From: Octopus vulgaris
Taxonomy: Eukaryota
Assembly: GCA_951406725.2 (NCBI GenBank)
Contig: OX597830.1
Span: forward strand, 5,828,001-5,892,000
DNA: 64,000 nucleotides
Direction: 5' to 3'
Shown here: positions 12,281 through 27,000 of the stretch, piece by piece
Layout: each line of letters begins with the position of its first letter
How positions within the stretch are numbered: the first letter of the stretch is position 1
Notes under the pieces: generated by a model
What the model was told of the DNA's origin: nothing
Seen by the model: the letters and a program-made list of their open reading frames with translations, nothing else
Databases searched by the model: none
Program-made: the position numbers and the translations under genes

Positions 12281-12427
12281 TTTTAATCCATTCTTGTTGC
12301 TTTTTTCCTATTTGTAATCACCTCACTTGTCGTATGGTTAACACCATATAGATTTCCGGTGCATCCTAGTTAAGGACCATATTCATGTGAATTCTTTAGA
12401 ATTCACTTGAATCTCAATTACTTAACC

Positions 12428-12503
<76 letters not shown>

Positions 12504-12674
12504 TTATTTTATCTAGTTTCAGCTCACGAGCTGTGGTCATGCTGGGGCATATATTTATATATATATATATATATATATACCCCCTGCATCCACACATACA
12601 CACACATAAATCAAGGTATTGACCATACCATAGGATATTTTAATAAACCGCTGGTTACAACGCACATATACAAA

Positions 12675-12865
12675 CATACATACAAACATACATACATACA
12701 TACATACATACATACATACATACATACATACATACATACATACATACATACATACATACATACATACATACATACATACATACATGCATACATACATACA
12801 TACATACATACATACATGCATATATACATACATACATACATACCTACATACATGCATACATACAT
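12675..12865. repeat. (CATA)n microsatellite
   Basis: Direct read of the sequence. Confidence 0.95.
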
Positions 12866-13975
12866 CAGTATTAGGGTTGTATGACCCAATATCATGCCGG
12901 CAAGTGGTTACAGTGCGTACCATAAATATGAATCGGTTGAGCGAATAGAAAATAATATTGTGATGGAAACTTTCTTCCGATTCATGATGAAACTTCTGTA
13001 GAAGAAGCATGTTTGCCATTTGGCTGTTTAGTCTTAAATAGGCGCATAGCTTCTTGGCACGCCTGTTTTTATCTGCAAGTGGTCATATGACCGGGTCACG
13101 TAGAGTTTTGCACATTGACCAAATCCATTTATTGGGACAGGATACTTTAAGTTATCCAATCAGACCACTTGCCAAACCAATAAAGCGCGCTAAAACTTCG
13201 TTCGTTCTCCGAACCCATACGACAGGTATAAAGAAAGAATTTCCTCCAAACTAGCTCCGAGGGGAGATTCTAATCATCAGAGGGCTTCGACGCGATGCCG
13301 TGCACCTTCCCGCACAAATCGTCGTGTACCACCTGCAAGAGAAACCAATGTTTATTTGCTAACAGTATTATTCACGTTGTACCAGTTGGCTGTACGTTCT
13401 ATTAGTGTTGAAAGAAATGTAGCACTCAATTGTAACGTATGTCTTCGTATTCCTTGGTGCTTTTAATCATGACTTATTTGGAATCAGAAGATTACAATAT
13501 TGCCACACCACATCAACTACTAAACATTTATTAATAAGAAGTTCATATTTTCAGTTAATAAATTCTTCAATTTAAAGCTTTCAGAAGCAATCACAAGGCC
13601 AAACACAACCAGTTAGCCTTAATGGAATATGGATTTTATCATTTAAGAACAATATATTGCCGGATATTGTCTTTCGAACAGTATTTCAGGCAAATGCATT
13701 CGTACTCGTATTCCAATTAGGGTGTAAATACTTCTGCTGAACGTCTTTGGTAACTACTCGTTCAAAACGTTTAAATATTTTACGACCATCACCTCAGAAC
13801 TCCACGCGAAATTTACATGCAGACGAGCGTGATATCTTGTGACGATGAATATGCATACATACAAATATCTATATATGTATATGTATGCATATATATATAT
13901 ATGTATGTTTTGCATGTATATATATACATGTATACATAAATACATAAATACATACATACAAACATATATATATAT

Positions 13976-14303
13976 CTTTTACTCTTTTACTTGTTTCAGT
14001 CATTTGACTGCGGCCATGCTGGAGCACCGCCTTTAGTCGAGCAAATCGACCCCGGGACTTATCTTTGTAAGACCAGTACTTATTCTATCGGTCTCTTTTG
14101 CTGAACCGCTAAGTGACGGGGACGTAAACACACCAGCTTCGGTTGTCAAGCAATGCTAGGGGGACAAACACAGACACACAAACACAGACACATACACATA
14201 TACATATATACGACAGGCTTCTTTCATTTTCCGTCTACCAAATCCACTCACAAGGCGTTGGTCGGCCCGGGGCTATAGCAGAAGACACTTACCCAAGATG
14301 CCA
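13976..14303 (-). mobile_element. SINE family B, 5'-truncated
   Basis: Reverse complement of the body and tail of the 11254-11648 copy. Confidence 0.9.
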
Positions 14304-14433
14304 TATCGATTCCATTGGATTTCTAGGACATTTTGAAGTGATTTTGTAGTCTTCCACCGCGAAAATTGAGCCTTTGTTTCGGGATTATAGACAAACACCC
14401 GCCATGTTATACACACACACATATATATATATA

Positions 14434-15197
14434 TCCTTTTTATCTACTCGAGACACAAGCCCCGAAATTATGGGGGAGGGTGCCTGTCGATTATATCGAC
14501 CCTAGTACACAACTGGTACTTGCTTTATCAACCCGAAAGAATGAAAGGCAACGTCGACCTCAGCGGAAATTGAACTCAGAACGTAAAGACAGATTAAATG
14601 CCGCTTAGAATGTCGCCTAACGTTTCTTATTTCTTTATTACTCACAAGGGCTAAACATAGTGGGGACAAACAAGGGATTAAGTCGATTACATCGGCCCCA
14701 GTGCGTAACTGGTGCTTAATTTATCGAACCCGAAAGGATGAAAGGCAAAGTCAACTTCGGCAGAATTCGAACTCAGAAGGTAACGGCTGACAAAATTCCT
14801 ATTTCTTTACTACCCACAAGGGGCTAAACACGGAGGGGAGAAACAAGGACAGACAAACGGATTAAATTGATTATATCGACCCCAGTGCACAACTGGTATT
14901 TATTTAATCGACCCCGAAAGGATGAAAGGCAAACTAGACCTCCACAGAATTTGAACTCAGAACGTAACGGCAGACGAAATACCTATTTCTTTACTACCCA
15001 CAAGGGGGTAATCATAGAGGTGACAAACAAGGACAGGCAAAAGGATTAAGTCGATTCCATCGACCCCTGTGCCTAACTGGTACTTAATTTATCGACTCCG
15101 AAAGTCGACCTCGGCGGAATTTAAACTCAGAACGCAGCGGCGGACGAAATACCCCTAAGCAGTTCGCCCGGTGTGCTAACGTTTCTGCCAGCTCGCC
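14434..15197 (-). mobile_element. SINE family A with four tandem body units
   Basis: Reverse complement of family A. The 'gaaaggatgaaaggcaaagtcgacctcggcggaatttgaactcagaacgt'-like unit occurs four times. Confidence 0.9.
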
Positions 15198-15425
15198 TCG
15201 CATACACACATACACATTTATGTGTGTGTGTGTGTGTATACGTGAATGTATTTGTGTTTTATGTGAGTGTGTGTGCGTGAGAGAGAGTGAGAGAGAGAGA
15301 GAGAATAAGTGATTTGTTTGTTTTCTAATTATGTAACATTGCCCAAACCATCCCTGTCGCAAAACGTCTCCCACCAATTTTTGTATATTCCACTTTCTTA
15401 TCTACCACCTTATCTACCTACTTAC

Positions 15426-15493
<68 letters not shown>

Positions 15494-16533
15494 ATATATC
15501 CATCTCTCTATATATATGCAAAAATGTCGGTTGGTTAACAAGTTACTACTAACGCATAAACCAACCGGAGTTACAAAAGTTTAAAGTAGGCGCTGCATGA
15601 AGTTTATTTTTCACTTTATATTCCTTCCGACATAATTTATCTCTCATTTTCATTGAACCATTGAATGCAGACAAGACAACGCATTACAATAACAACAACA
15701 ACAACAGCAGTCCCAAATTACTTCTTTCCATTGATGTGCAGCGATGAGAGACGAACTGGTTGGAGTTGTGAATTGAGAGCATAATGTATGTTACATTTGC
15801 CAGATTTTGCATGTTTTTATGGGAATTGCATGACATTTTATATGGCGATGTGTGGTCATCGCAGCAGTCTGGGGTTCCATAAAAATGACTCGCAGTTTCG
15901 GGAGTACCTCCTCTTTATGTTCATCATTACGATCCTGTTTAAGAGTGTTTCTTTCGTGTTTATATACATGCATATACTTACATATGTATTTATCTATAAA
16001 CACTTATATACATACACACACACACACACACATATATATATTTATGTATATATATATGTGTACACATATATTTATTGATAAATATATATGTGTATATATG
16101 TATATATATATTCACACACACACTTGTATAGGTATATATATATATATATATATACGCATACATAAGTATATATATATATCTATATTTATATATATATATG
16201 TGTATGTATCTATATATACAAGTGAATGTATATATGGATATATATATATGCATTTGTTTATACTGGTGTGAATATATAATTTCGCAAATACACATATAAC
16301 CATAAAATAAGAGGAAGTCTAAATACGCATACACGTGAGCACTGTTATCGTCAGAAAAAAAGCAGTATATATGCGTGCATGTTTGCCTGTATATATGTGT
16401 GTATGTATGTATATTTGTACTTATGATTGTATATATTATCTATAAATCTATACGTATATACACGTATGTATATGTGTGTCTGTTCGTTTATCCATTTTGT
16501 AAGCGTATGTATATGCATACATCCGCACTCCCA

Positions 16534-16568
<35 letters not shown>

Positions 16569-16870
16569 CGTGTGTGTGTGTGTGTGTGTGTTTGTATGTG
16601 TGTGTGTGTGTATGTGTGTCTGTGTGCACATACATACACATATATACATACGTGCATTGTTAACCTCAATGTTTGTAAATATCTGTGAAGGAATGTAAGA
16701 ATGCGTAGAACGTAAAGGATTCGTAAAATTCTTCCGTTGCAGATTCGCAAAAAATACATACATACATAAAAAACTAATTCGAACACTACATATCCAATCC
16801 ATCAGTGGAACTGTAGTAATCTGTAAAACTTTCCAGAAGTTTATCATTTAGATATATATGAACAAACACA

Positions 16871-16944
<74 letters not shown>

Positions 16945-17160
16945 TATACGTGTGCGCACGGATGTATATATGTGTGTATGAAAGTGTAAACACTTAGATA
17001 TATAGACACACACATATACAAATATATTCATATATGTATATGTATATATATATATCAAGTGTCACGTATCAGAGGTGGTCTCACATAGTGTAGCTCATTC
17101 AGAGGTGCTTCCCCAGCATGGCCACAATGTTTCGGGCTGAAACATTTTTAAGGACTTAAG

Positions 17161-17265
<105 letters not shown>

Positions 17266-17275
17266 AAAATATCCA

Positions 17276-17436
17276 GACGAAAGTTTTCTTTCAATTTCCA
17301 TCTACCAGATCCACTGACAAGGCTTTGTTCGGCCTGAGGCTATAGTCAAAGACACTTGCCCAAGGTGCCACGCAGTGAGATTGAACCCGAAACCATGTGA
17401 TTGGGAAGCAAGCTTCTTACCACACAGCCACACCTG
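17276..17436 (-). mobile_element. SINE family B head
   Basis: 'gacacttgcccaaggtgccacgcagtgagattgaacccgaaaccatg...cttaccacacagccacacctg'. Confidence 0.85.
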
Positions 17437-17446
17437 ACTGGTATTT

Positions 17447-17581
17447 TATGAAGAGGTGTATGAAAATTCATGAGCCTCTAAAAGACAAAAAACAAACCAC
17501 GGTACACGACTTCAGATGAAGGTACAAAACTTGAAGGCTCAAAGGCCTTGAAGGCTCAGAACTCTTCATAAACCCCTCGTA
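17447..17581. mobile_element. Small mariner-type MITE
   Basis: Imperfect TIRs 'tatgaagaggtgtatgaaaattcatgagcc' and 'ggctcagaactcttcataaacccctcgta' with TA ends. Confidence 0.45.
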
Positions 17582-17700
17582 TTTTGTTCATCCAGAAATG
17601 ATGAAACGTATATCTGAGCGCAGTGGGATTTGAACTCAGAACGTAAAGACAAACAAGTAAAACAACTATGTATTTTGTTCGGCACGCCTATGATTCTCCC

Positions 17701-17859
<159 letters not shown>

Positions 17860-18044
17860 CAGAGTAATTTTGAAAGGAGGACTTTAGTCGAGTCTATGGC
17901 GCCACCATTTGAGTGACCCTTTTTGTTATCAAAATGATGAAGGGCCAAGTTGAGTGCAATGAGATGAGAGAAACAACGTAAGGAGTTAGAAGTAATACTG
18001 TATGGCATTTTGTGCGTCGCTTTAAGAACTCTGTCATCTGGTCA

Positions 18045-18380
18045 CAAGCGGAAAAGTAAGGAGGAGAAGGAAAAGGAGGAGAAGGAAAAGATGGGTTGAG
18101 GAGGGAGAATAGAAAAAAAGGAGGAAAAGAAGGCGGATGACCTGGAAGAAGATGAGGAAATCGGGGAGGAAGGGGAGGACCTTAGAGAAAGTGGAGGAGG
18201 ACCTGGATATAGAAAAGGAGGAAGATGTGGAGGTAAGAGAAGAGGGAGATGTGGAGAAAGGTAAGAAGAGGAGGACGTGGAAGAAGTGAAGGAGGAGAAC
18301 TTGGAGGGCGAGAATGAGGAGGAAGTGGCGGAAGAGGAAGTGAAGGAAGAATAGGAAGAGATCAACAATGGGAGGCTGAA
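18045..18380. repeat. Purine-rich (GA/GGA) low-complexity tract
   Basis: Direct read of the sequence. Confidence 0.85.
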
Positions 18381-19126
18381 AATGCAAGAATTTTTGTTTT
18401 TAGACAGGTCATGGCTACGGCAACAACATAAACAATACCAAGAACAAGAACAGTATACTAACAATAATGACAGCCATAAAGGGTACGAAATGAATCGATC
18501 AATTAATATTAAAAGAGAAAATAATGTGTTACATTCGTTACCGATTCTATGTTTATATGGAATTGTTTGTATAGCTTTGAGCAGCTGAAATATCTGCGTG
18601 GTTTTAAAACCTGGCTTTCGGCTATAAAATAGCGAAATGATTAGCTGAAGCTAGGCGAAATAAAGATGATATAATATGTTAGTATAGGAATATATCTTCG
18701 AGCTGATGCACGCAGCTCGTACGACGAATGGTGTTTCGATATATTATGGAATTCTGGAAATTCTCAGCTATGCTTTTTTTTCTTTTCTTTTTTTCTTTTG
18801 AGCAGAGAGTAATGTGTGACAGAACATAACAACAGAAAGGTGTTTTCTGGTAATTATGAATGGAAGATAGCGTGGTAATAAAATAAGGTAAGAATACCAA
18901 GATGGAGTTTTATACACATCCAACCCCGCATTCACACATTCGAACACAAATACGCACAAACATACACACACATACGCATATCACACACACACATAACACA
19001 TACACACTCATATCAATTGAGTGGGTAAACCGTTATATACTCTGCAACAGCGATAGAATACTCTTCCTCCACTATACTTTTGACACACTTTAACTTTCAA
19101 TCTATATGTGTGCGTGTGAATATATT

Positions 19127-19164
<38 letters not shown>

Positions 19165-19166
<2 letters not shown>

Positions 19167-19358
19167 ACGGAGATGTACTCGCATAGCAAGTGGTTTGATC
19201 TGAGATCGTGTGCTGGAACGAAAGCAATTGCAGCGTGGAAGGTGTTTGTAAGCCATTGAAGAAACACACAAAAGCCGTTAGATTCACTTCAACATTTAAA
19301 TTTAATTTGTCAAAATATTTTCGTCGCTAAAATCCGAGACCTGTTCAGTGACAAAAAT
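19165..19358 (-). mobile_element. Probable Penelope-like terminal-repeat fragment ending in a hammerhead-like fold
   Basis: Adjacent to (TA)n. 19306-19355 (-) has a three-way-junction layout with GAAA and a palindromic stem III. Confidence 0.45.
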
Positions 19359-20037
19359 GTGATTGAGTAGAGAAGGGAAAGAAGGTAGTTATCGGGAGTT
19401 ACGTTTATAGATCAAAACAGTTTGATTCAAACTCCATGATACTCAGAGTTTCAAGCGTGTCGCTTGTCTTCTGTATCTTCCATTTCAATTGGAAGTTGTG
19501 TCAGAGCACAGAATATTGCGCTATTTAACATGAAAGACGCCGAAACTGCCAGGTCATATGAATTCGTTTTCTCAAGGACAGTTATCAAGATCATGTGATT
19601 TGGACTTAACAATGACAGACAACAACCTGGACATAACAGACCAATATCCCCCAGCTCATCAGTGATATATAGATTCTCAGTATCCGTTCAGATACTGGTG
19701 TTGCAAATAGCCGAGGGGTTTATAAAAATAATTGACAGAACCTGAAGCAGTGTTAATACAAAAAAATATTTACAATATCCCCCATTAGCAGTAGTAAATA
19801 TTAATTATATACATAAATATGTGTGTGTGTGTGAATATATAATGCGATGCTGGCTTAGCTGGGCGAAACTTTGAAGTCATTGTCAGTACTTTTACCGTTA
19901 ATAACTAATAAATTTGTACTCTACCTAATGTATTGAGTTATCCTTCTGTAGAATATAAAATTGTTTTTGTATAACAAAAAACAAACAGTACTAAGTAATT
20001 ATATATGTACGTGTGTACGTACGTATGTACATATATA

Positions 20038-20084
<47 letters not shown>

Positions 20085-20094
<10 letters not shown>

Positions 20095-20505
20095 AATAAA
20101 TAAAACATATGCATATATACATGCATATATGTACGTACCTACATCTACATGTATATATAAATGCGTATATGGGTACAGGACGCCAAAAAAAAACGTCGAA
20201 CACAATGAGAAACGAAAACATAAACACAAAACCAAGGAAATGAACATTTTTCTTAAACAACGAAAAAATAGAGTACAGGACAAACAAAACAAGCAAAATT
20301 CCCCCTCTTCAGTCGCCTTAGTTTCATCTACTTCACGTTTCGAAGTTCAAGGCGATACATGACTTTAATGAAACTTTCCTTCCCGCGAAAATCAAATTAA
20401 CTGAAATTTGAGATTTTTTTGCGGAGGGGTAAAAATGGTAACAAAAATAGTACAGTAACGACAGTACAAAATATAAACAGTAAAAGACAGGACACGGAGT
20501 ATCAC

Positions 20506-20508
<3 letters not shown>
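20085..20508. repeat. Interspersed repeat family D in (TA)n
   Basis: Clear similarity to 57910-58157 (gggtacaggac.ccaaaaaaa..gaacacaatgagaaacgaaaacataaa...cccc.tcttcagt). Confidence 0.8.
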
Positions 20509-20548
<40 letters not shown>

Positions 20549-21990
20549 GTATGTAAGTATGTATATCTACTAATACTATATATATCTACTATATTCTGTT
20601 AAATCACATGTACATATATACATACACATATCCAGATATATTATCACTTGCCGATGACTCACTCAAATCCAGACTCACTTGCATATTTGTGTTTATCACA
20701 CCAGTGTCCGTTTTACATGACGACACGATATTTCTATTCCGCTCCCTTACTCCACTTACTCTCTTTGCCATTCATTTCTTCAGTATTTTGCATCTCCATT
20801 CTATTTTCCTCGCCTATTTTATATCTGGCCCTTATCGATTTTTGTTTTCTTAGTTTTCTAAAAGTGGGGTCCTGTAGTAAGCTTATGGAAAGAATATTTT
20901 AGCTTCCGCTTTAGCGTGAACATTATTTTAAGCAATCAGAAATTTAAACCAATTGGAAATTTTGACCAGGAAGAGATTGATGGCTTGTGAATCACTTTCT
21001 GACTGTTTTTGCCGTTGTAAACAAACCAACACTGGTTGTCAAGACAGAGACTCGCATATGTACACACACACGCACACACACACACAAACATATACAAGCA
21101 CGTACACAAAGATAAAATGAGAGCATCATCGTTTTTCTGTGACTAGCGAACATTGCTAACCTATTCCATTTCCCTTTCGCTCTTTTTCTCTCTCCTTCTT
21201 CGTCTCCCTGTCTGTCCCTCGCTCCCCCCTCTCTCTATCTTTCTCAGTCAGAGAGACAAATACCTTCAAGATTTGTCTTGTCTCGACAGATGGACATTTA
21301 CGATTTATATTTATATTTGCTAATATCCATTGTCTGCAGGGAAACCTTTTAACTTTGCAAACACAAACATATGTATCTAGTATAAAGTACAGAGAATAAA
21401 AGCAACAGTGACCATATTACTTCATAATAAAGTCCGCCATATTTCAACATTAATATGCTAATGCGTACATTTGTGTGCATTACGTTTTCTACAATACTTC
21501 CTGTATATATTTCTTCATTTAATTTCATAAACGACGAAACAATTACATACATTTTCCATAACACTCTTCGTACAACACAAATTATCTAATCGATATATCT
21601 GTGAACAATCACACAAACATGAAAATACGCAAACTTTGCCTTCATTTCCCCTTCTAAAATAAGACGTTATTTCATATATCTGAGCTCTGCGTTCTTTCAA
21701 ATTTGAATTCACTGTAATTACCAGAAGCGTTATTCTACAAGGCAGAACACGACCGCTTCTTTGGTATGTCGAAAATAAAGGGGAAAATCGTATATAATTA
21801 ACAATTGTTGTTATATCTACGGACATTTCTGTTAATTTTCTGCTCAAAACACACATATACAAAGGCATAGAAAAACACACGCAAAATGTAACCATAGTTA
21901 CCCACATGTAATTCAATGTAATATAAAATTATATATATGAATATATATCTACATATACATATACTTATATATATGTGTGCATATATATTC

Positions 21991-22047
<57 letters not shown>

Positions 22048-22109
22048 TATGTGTGTATATATATGCATATATACATATATATACATATGTATATATATAT
22101 ATGTATGTG

Positions 22110-22212
<103 letters not shown>

Positions 22213-22881
22213 GGTGTTTAAAATTATTCATGGCCAATAGGATGCCTTCAGAATAAGTCTTCATATGTTTGACAGTAATTAACGGGAATCTTTGTGGGTT
22301 GTGTGATTACGAAATAATATTAGTTCATGCAGTCCTGTGCAATATTTGTACTTGCGAAATTAATGCATGCATACACAAATACATACATATCTACTTGTAT
22401 GTGTATATGTGTATATATATATAGGCGTATATTTTTATATGTGTATAACTATGTGTGCATATGTATATATATATATATATATACATATATATATACATAC
22501 ATACATACATACGAACACGCAGATATCGTAAACTCTTACACACACTTAAAAACTAACACACACACACGCACACATACTCACACACATATACATTCGTGCG
22601 CACACGTATATACATATATATATATGTGTTGATAATGATGTAATTTTTGGAATGTCATATTGCTTTCGTATAGAAATAGGACGGGAATAAATTCAAAATA
22701 GAAATATCAGTATTTCTAAATATCTCCAAGAGAGCTATACAGTAACAGCACCATAAAGTAATGACCTTCTCGCCAAAATAATATAGCAATCCCAGGATTG
22801 GACAGATTTTACTGTTATTTAGCCCCAGGAAACATCGTTTCCAACTGGCTATACGACACAAAAAATTCTGCATCATTATGT

Positions 22882-23202
22882 AAGTTAGTTAATTTTTTGG
22901 CTCAAAAAGCAAAAAGCAAGGCCATGTAGGGGGACATGGAGCTATGTACAGGGTGGTGTTCATGTAAAGAGTTCAGGCCACTTGTGGTCAAGGGAGACTT
23001 TGAACCGAGCGGTCGTCGGCATCTTCGCTATCTCGTCCGGCAGCTTATTCCACGGATCCGCAACCCGGACGGAGAAAGCCCCTCTCCTTCGATTGAGATG
23101 AAATCGTCGCAGATAGAGCTTTTCGGAGTGACCCCGCAGCTGACGCTCTGGAGCAGGAGTGAAGAACAGCTCTTTCGAGAGGTTACACTTTCCGCTTATG
23201 AT
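22882..23202 (-). mobile_element. CR1-clade LINE 3' end
   Basis: Minus frame reads IISGKCNLSKELFFTPAPERQLRGHSEKLYLRRFHLNRRRGAFSVRVADPWNKLPDEIAKMPTTARFKVSLDHKW (RGH..KL, FSVRV..WN.LP motifs), then a short UTR. Confidence 0.85.
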
Positions 23203-24331
23203 TATATTCTGGAACAGGAGAGATCAGAGCCTCCACCCAGTATAACTTCGCATCCACAGTCCGGCTTCTGAGACTGCTACATTATGTTGGCAAAACGTCA
23301 TGGGGCTGTTACTATATACCTCTTTTTGAGAGAGTTAGAAATACTAACATTTCTACTTTGTAGATCAATGACTGTGTCATTCTGAAATCTATATTTTCGA
23401 CTGCAGTTCATTCCCAACATCTAGTTTAGCAAGTTGCTTCATACTGATAAAGAGCAATAACACAGAAATCTTTGGATCCTTGGATGTGAACTTGTTCTGG
23501 GTGGAGGAGCTGATCTGCCCTGTTCGAAAATATATGAACACAGAATTTTTTGTGGCGTACAGCCAGCTGGAAACGGTGTTTCCTGGGGTTAAATAACTGT
23601 AATTTTCGTCTCATCCTGGGACTGCCGCATTATGTTGGCAAACAGTCCTACTGTAATAAATCCCTCTGATAACAAAAATATACTGATCCACCAAATTAGT
23701 TTTACGAGACCCTAAAATATTAAACTGAAGAACATTTTTTTTTTGTTTTAAATTGCTAATTAAATTGTAAACTCCACCATCGACGTGATCACAGGAAAGA
23801 GGTATCTCGCAGCCGAAACTACTCGACGTGGTGGTCTTGTAGTAATATCTTATGTGCTTTTCTTGTTTCATTCACTGGGATGCTCCCATCCTGGGGCGTT
23901 AAAGGGTTTGAACATATCGAAAACAGAGCTTAGTTTCTCCATTTGCTACGTTTGGTACTTAAAATGCTGTTTCGTTTCGTATCGAGACACAGGGAAGTCA
24001 AAAGCGGTTTATGTAGCGGTGGGGAGAAGCAAATAGAAAAACAGTCTCATCACGTACAACAACACAAGACACACAGATAGATATACATACATAGATGGAT
24101 ACACACAAATGTATATATATATTATGTATGTGTGTGTGTCTGTGTGTGTATAAGAGAGGCTTCCAAACAATTTACATTACCCAGATTCTCTCGTAAGCCA
24201 TTGGTCGGACCAGAGCTAAGAAAGAAGTCAATTATCCAAGTGGCATTGAACACGAAATCCACTTAAAGTTCGCTATTAACGCCAGAGTTATGCTTGTATA
24301 ATAATAATAATATATATATATATATATATAT

Positions 24332-24622
24332 ATGATCACCATGACCGACCAGGCTATCAGATGTTGCTACACATCGCTGGTCACAATGCGCTTTGCATTG
24401 ATGACGCCACCCCGCTGGCTAAGCGAGCAGGTCAACAGAAGAAAGAGTGAGAGAAAGAGTGGTGAAAGAGTACAACAGGGATCACCACCCCCTTCCGGAG
24501 CCTCGTGGAGCTTTTAGATGTTTTCGCTCAATAAACACTCACAATGCCCGGTCTGGGAATCGAAACCGTGACCCTACGACTGCGAGTCCGCTGCCCTAAC
24601 CACTAGGCCATTGCGCCTCCAC
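24332..24622 (-). mobile_element. SINE family C (tRNA-derived head, RTE-like tail) inserted in (TA)n
   Basis: A box TGGCCTAGTGG and B box GGTTTCGATTCC. The 3' end resembles the RTE LINE 3' UTR at 670-735. Confidence 0.85.
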
Positions 24623-24645
24623 ATATATATATATATATATATATA

Positions 24646-24787
<142 letters not shown>

Positions 24788-26372
24788 GTCAAAGTTTCTC
24801 TCAGCAATGATAGAGATAGAATAGTGGGCTTTCCATGAATGATCAAAGGGACAGGAATTGAATTCGGTATAAATATCAATAATAATAAGAACAAGCCTGT
24901 TTATTAGGCAAAGGTCTTTCATAAAAACGTTTGCAAAATGTATGTTGACTCTATAAAGTTTAAACTACCAATATGAAGAATTGAAACTTATTTGTGCAGT
25001 CTTCCTCTGTTCCAATTACAAAAAAGTAACAATGAAGGAATCCAAATAGGTTATTCTCCACCAAATTCGTGTGTCTGACACAAACACTCCGTGTAAAAAT
25101 CTTATTCGTCCTCAGAAAGGACCAGTTTAACATTTTCAACTGGTCCTCGAGTACATTTAAAGGTGTAGGTATTTCAGCGAATTCTTCTACCCGAACATAA
25201 TGTTCTCGTATCATCTTGGAGGTTCTGTTAAGCTTATGGTTTTCCCCAACTTATTGGGTACTAGACCTCTTTGTTTGACCATTAAAAACAGCAAGAGCGA
25301 ATAACTTTAAACTATGCAAATAGTGTTTCTGAATGCTACTGTAATGTACAAACTCAGAAAATCCCTAAAACTTTTAAGTCTATAGTTTCTTTCGTAAAAT
25401 ATTCAGAATTTTTATCACCGTTTCTAATATATGCAAAGCCTAGAAATTTTAATGAAAGATTCGTTGCTTTCATCAAATATGTCACATTAAAATTCCTTGC
25501 TAAATTTCTGAGATACGATACAGAGAATGAGGCTTTTATTTATAATTCCTGCGTGGATATAATATTCACAGGCATTACTTGTTAATCCGGATACAACGAG
25601 TTTGCTAAGTACAACTGGGATATCTAAATTAACCAGGGCTCTCTGAATGGTTCTGTGGAAAGTCATTACGTCGTAAATTAGAATTGATTTAATGTTTGTA
25701 TTGTTCTGTGTGGAATTAGAATCAATTTATGTGTGTCTGATTGTGTGTTAATGTCCCTACACACAAATATCCCAAAACGTGTTGCTGGTTTCAATATATC
25801 TAACTCGTAGTATATATTATCGATCGAAGAATCGTTAATAATTAACAATATTGGGTTAACATAATCATAGAACCACACATCGTGTTGCGTTTAAACGATC
25901 CCATTAACACTATTATTACATAGGTCCCTATTTAATTGAACTTGGGAAGGCGAGGGGATGAAAAGCAACATTGATCTTAACATGAATCGAATCTGAAATA
26001 CAGCTAAACATAAATATACCACCAAGCGTTTTAAGCACCGCTCGACGTACCTCCGCCAAGCAGACACTTATCGCTCAAATCATGCGATACCGTTTAAGAA
26101 GAGAAATAGCTCATATGATAAAATATTCTTCGATAAATAAAGAGAAGCAGTCACATCTAGAACGATTTTAATCATTGATGACCTTGAGTCAAATGACAGC
26201 ACAAGTGAGAAACATATTGAGACATTTGGTGTTGTTCATCGTCGACTCAATACTACAAGGTTTCTCAGGAACAGAATGAATTTATGGTGTTTCCCAACTT
26301 CCCTTTGATGAGTAAATTTTAAATCATTTCATTCTAATAGAAATTTATCATTCCGTTGCAATCTACAACCAT

Positions 26373-26442
<70 letters not shown>

Positions 26443-26459
26443 GTAATAATAATAATGGC

Positions 26460-26524
<65 letters not shown>

Positions 26525-26538
26525 GTAATAATAATAAT

Positions 26539-26748
26539 GGTTTCAAATTTTGCCACAAGGGTAGCAATTTTGGGGGAGGGGTGAGTCAATTGCATCGAGC
26601 CCCAGTTTTGAACTGGTATTTATTTTATCGACACCGAAGGTTTAAAGGCAAAGCCGATCTCGGCAGAATTTGAACTCAGATCGTGAAGACGGACGAAATA
26701 CCGCTAAGCATTTCGTCGACGTGCTAACGATTTGGTCAGCTCACTGCC
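26539..26748 (-). mobile_element. SINE family A, single-unit form, between (AAT)n tracts
   Basis: Reverse complement of the family A head plus one body unit. Confidence 0.85.
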
Positions 26749-26749
26749 T

Positions 26750-27000
<251 letters not shown>

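Noticed and set aside
20290-20380. CUGAAGA and GAAAC...GUA boxes on the minus strand of repeat family D (also near 58120-58155)
   Set aside because: The boxes are in permuted order and I could not form all three stems, so it is not called a hammerhead.
22936-23271. 111-aa plus-strand ORF with normal-looking composition
   Set aside because: It is the antisense frame of the CR1 LINE 3' end.
23274-23644. 23-bp imperfect direct repeat (ctgc..cattatgttggcaaaac) about 350 bp apart
   Set aside because: It could be a TSD of a decayed insertion, but the enclosed sequence is too degraded to classify.
24545-24620. tRNA gene on the minus strand
   Set aside because: A and B boxes are present, but the sequence continues into a SINE body and tail without a clean cloverleaf or terminator.
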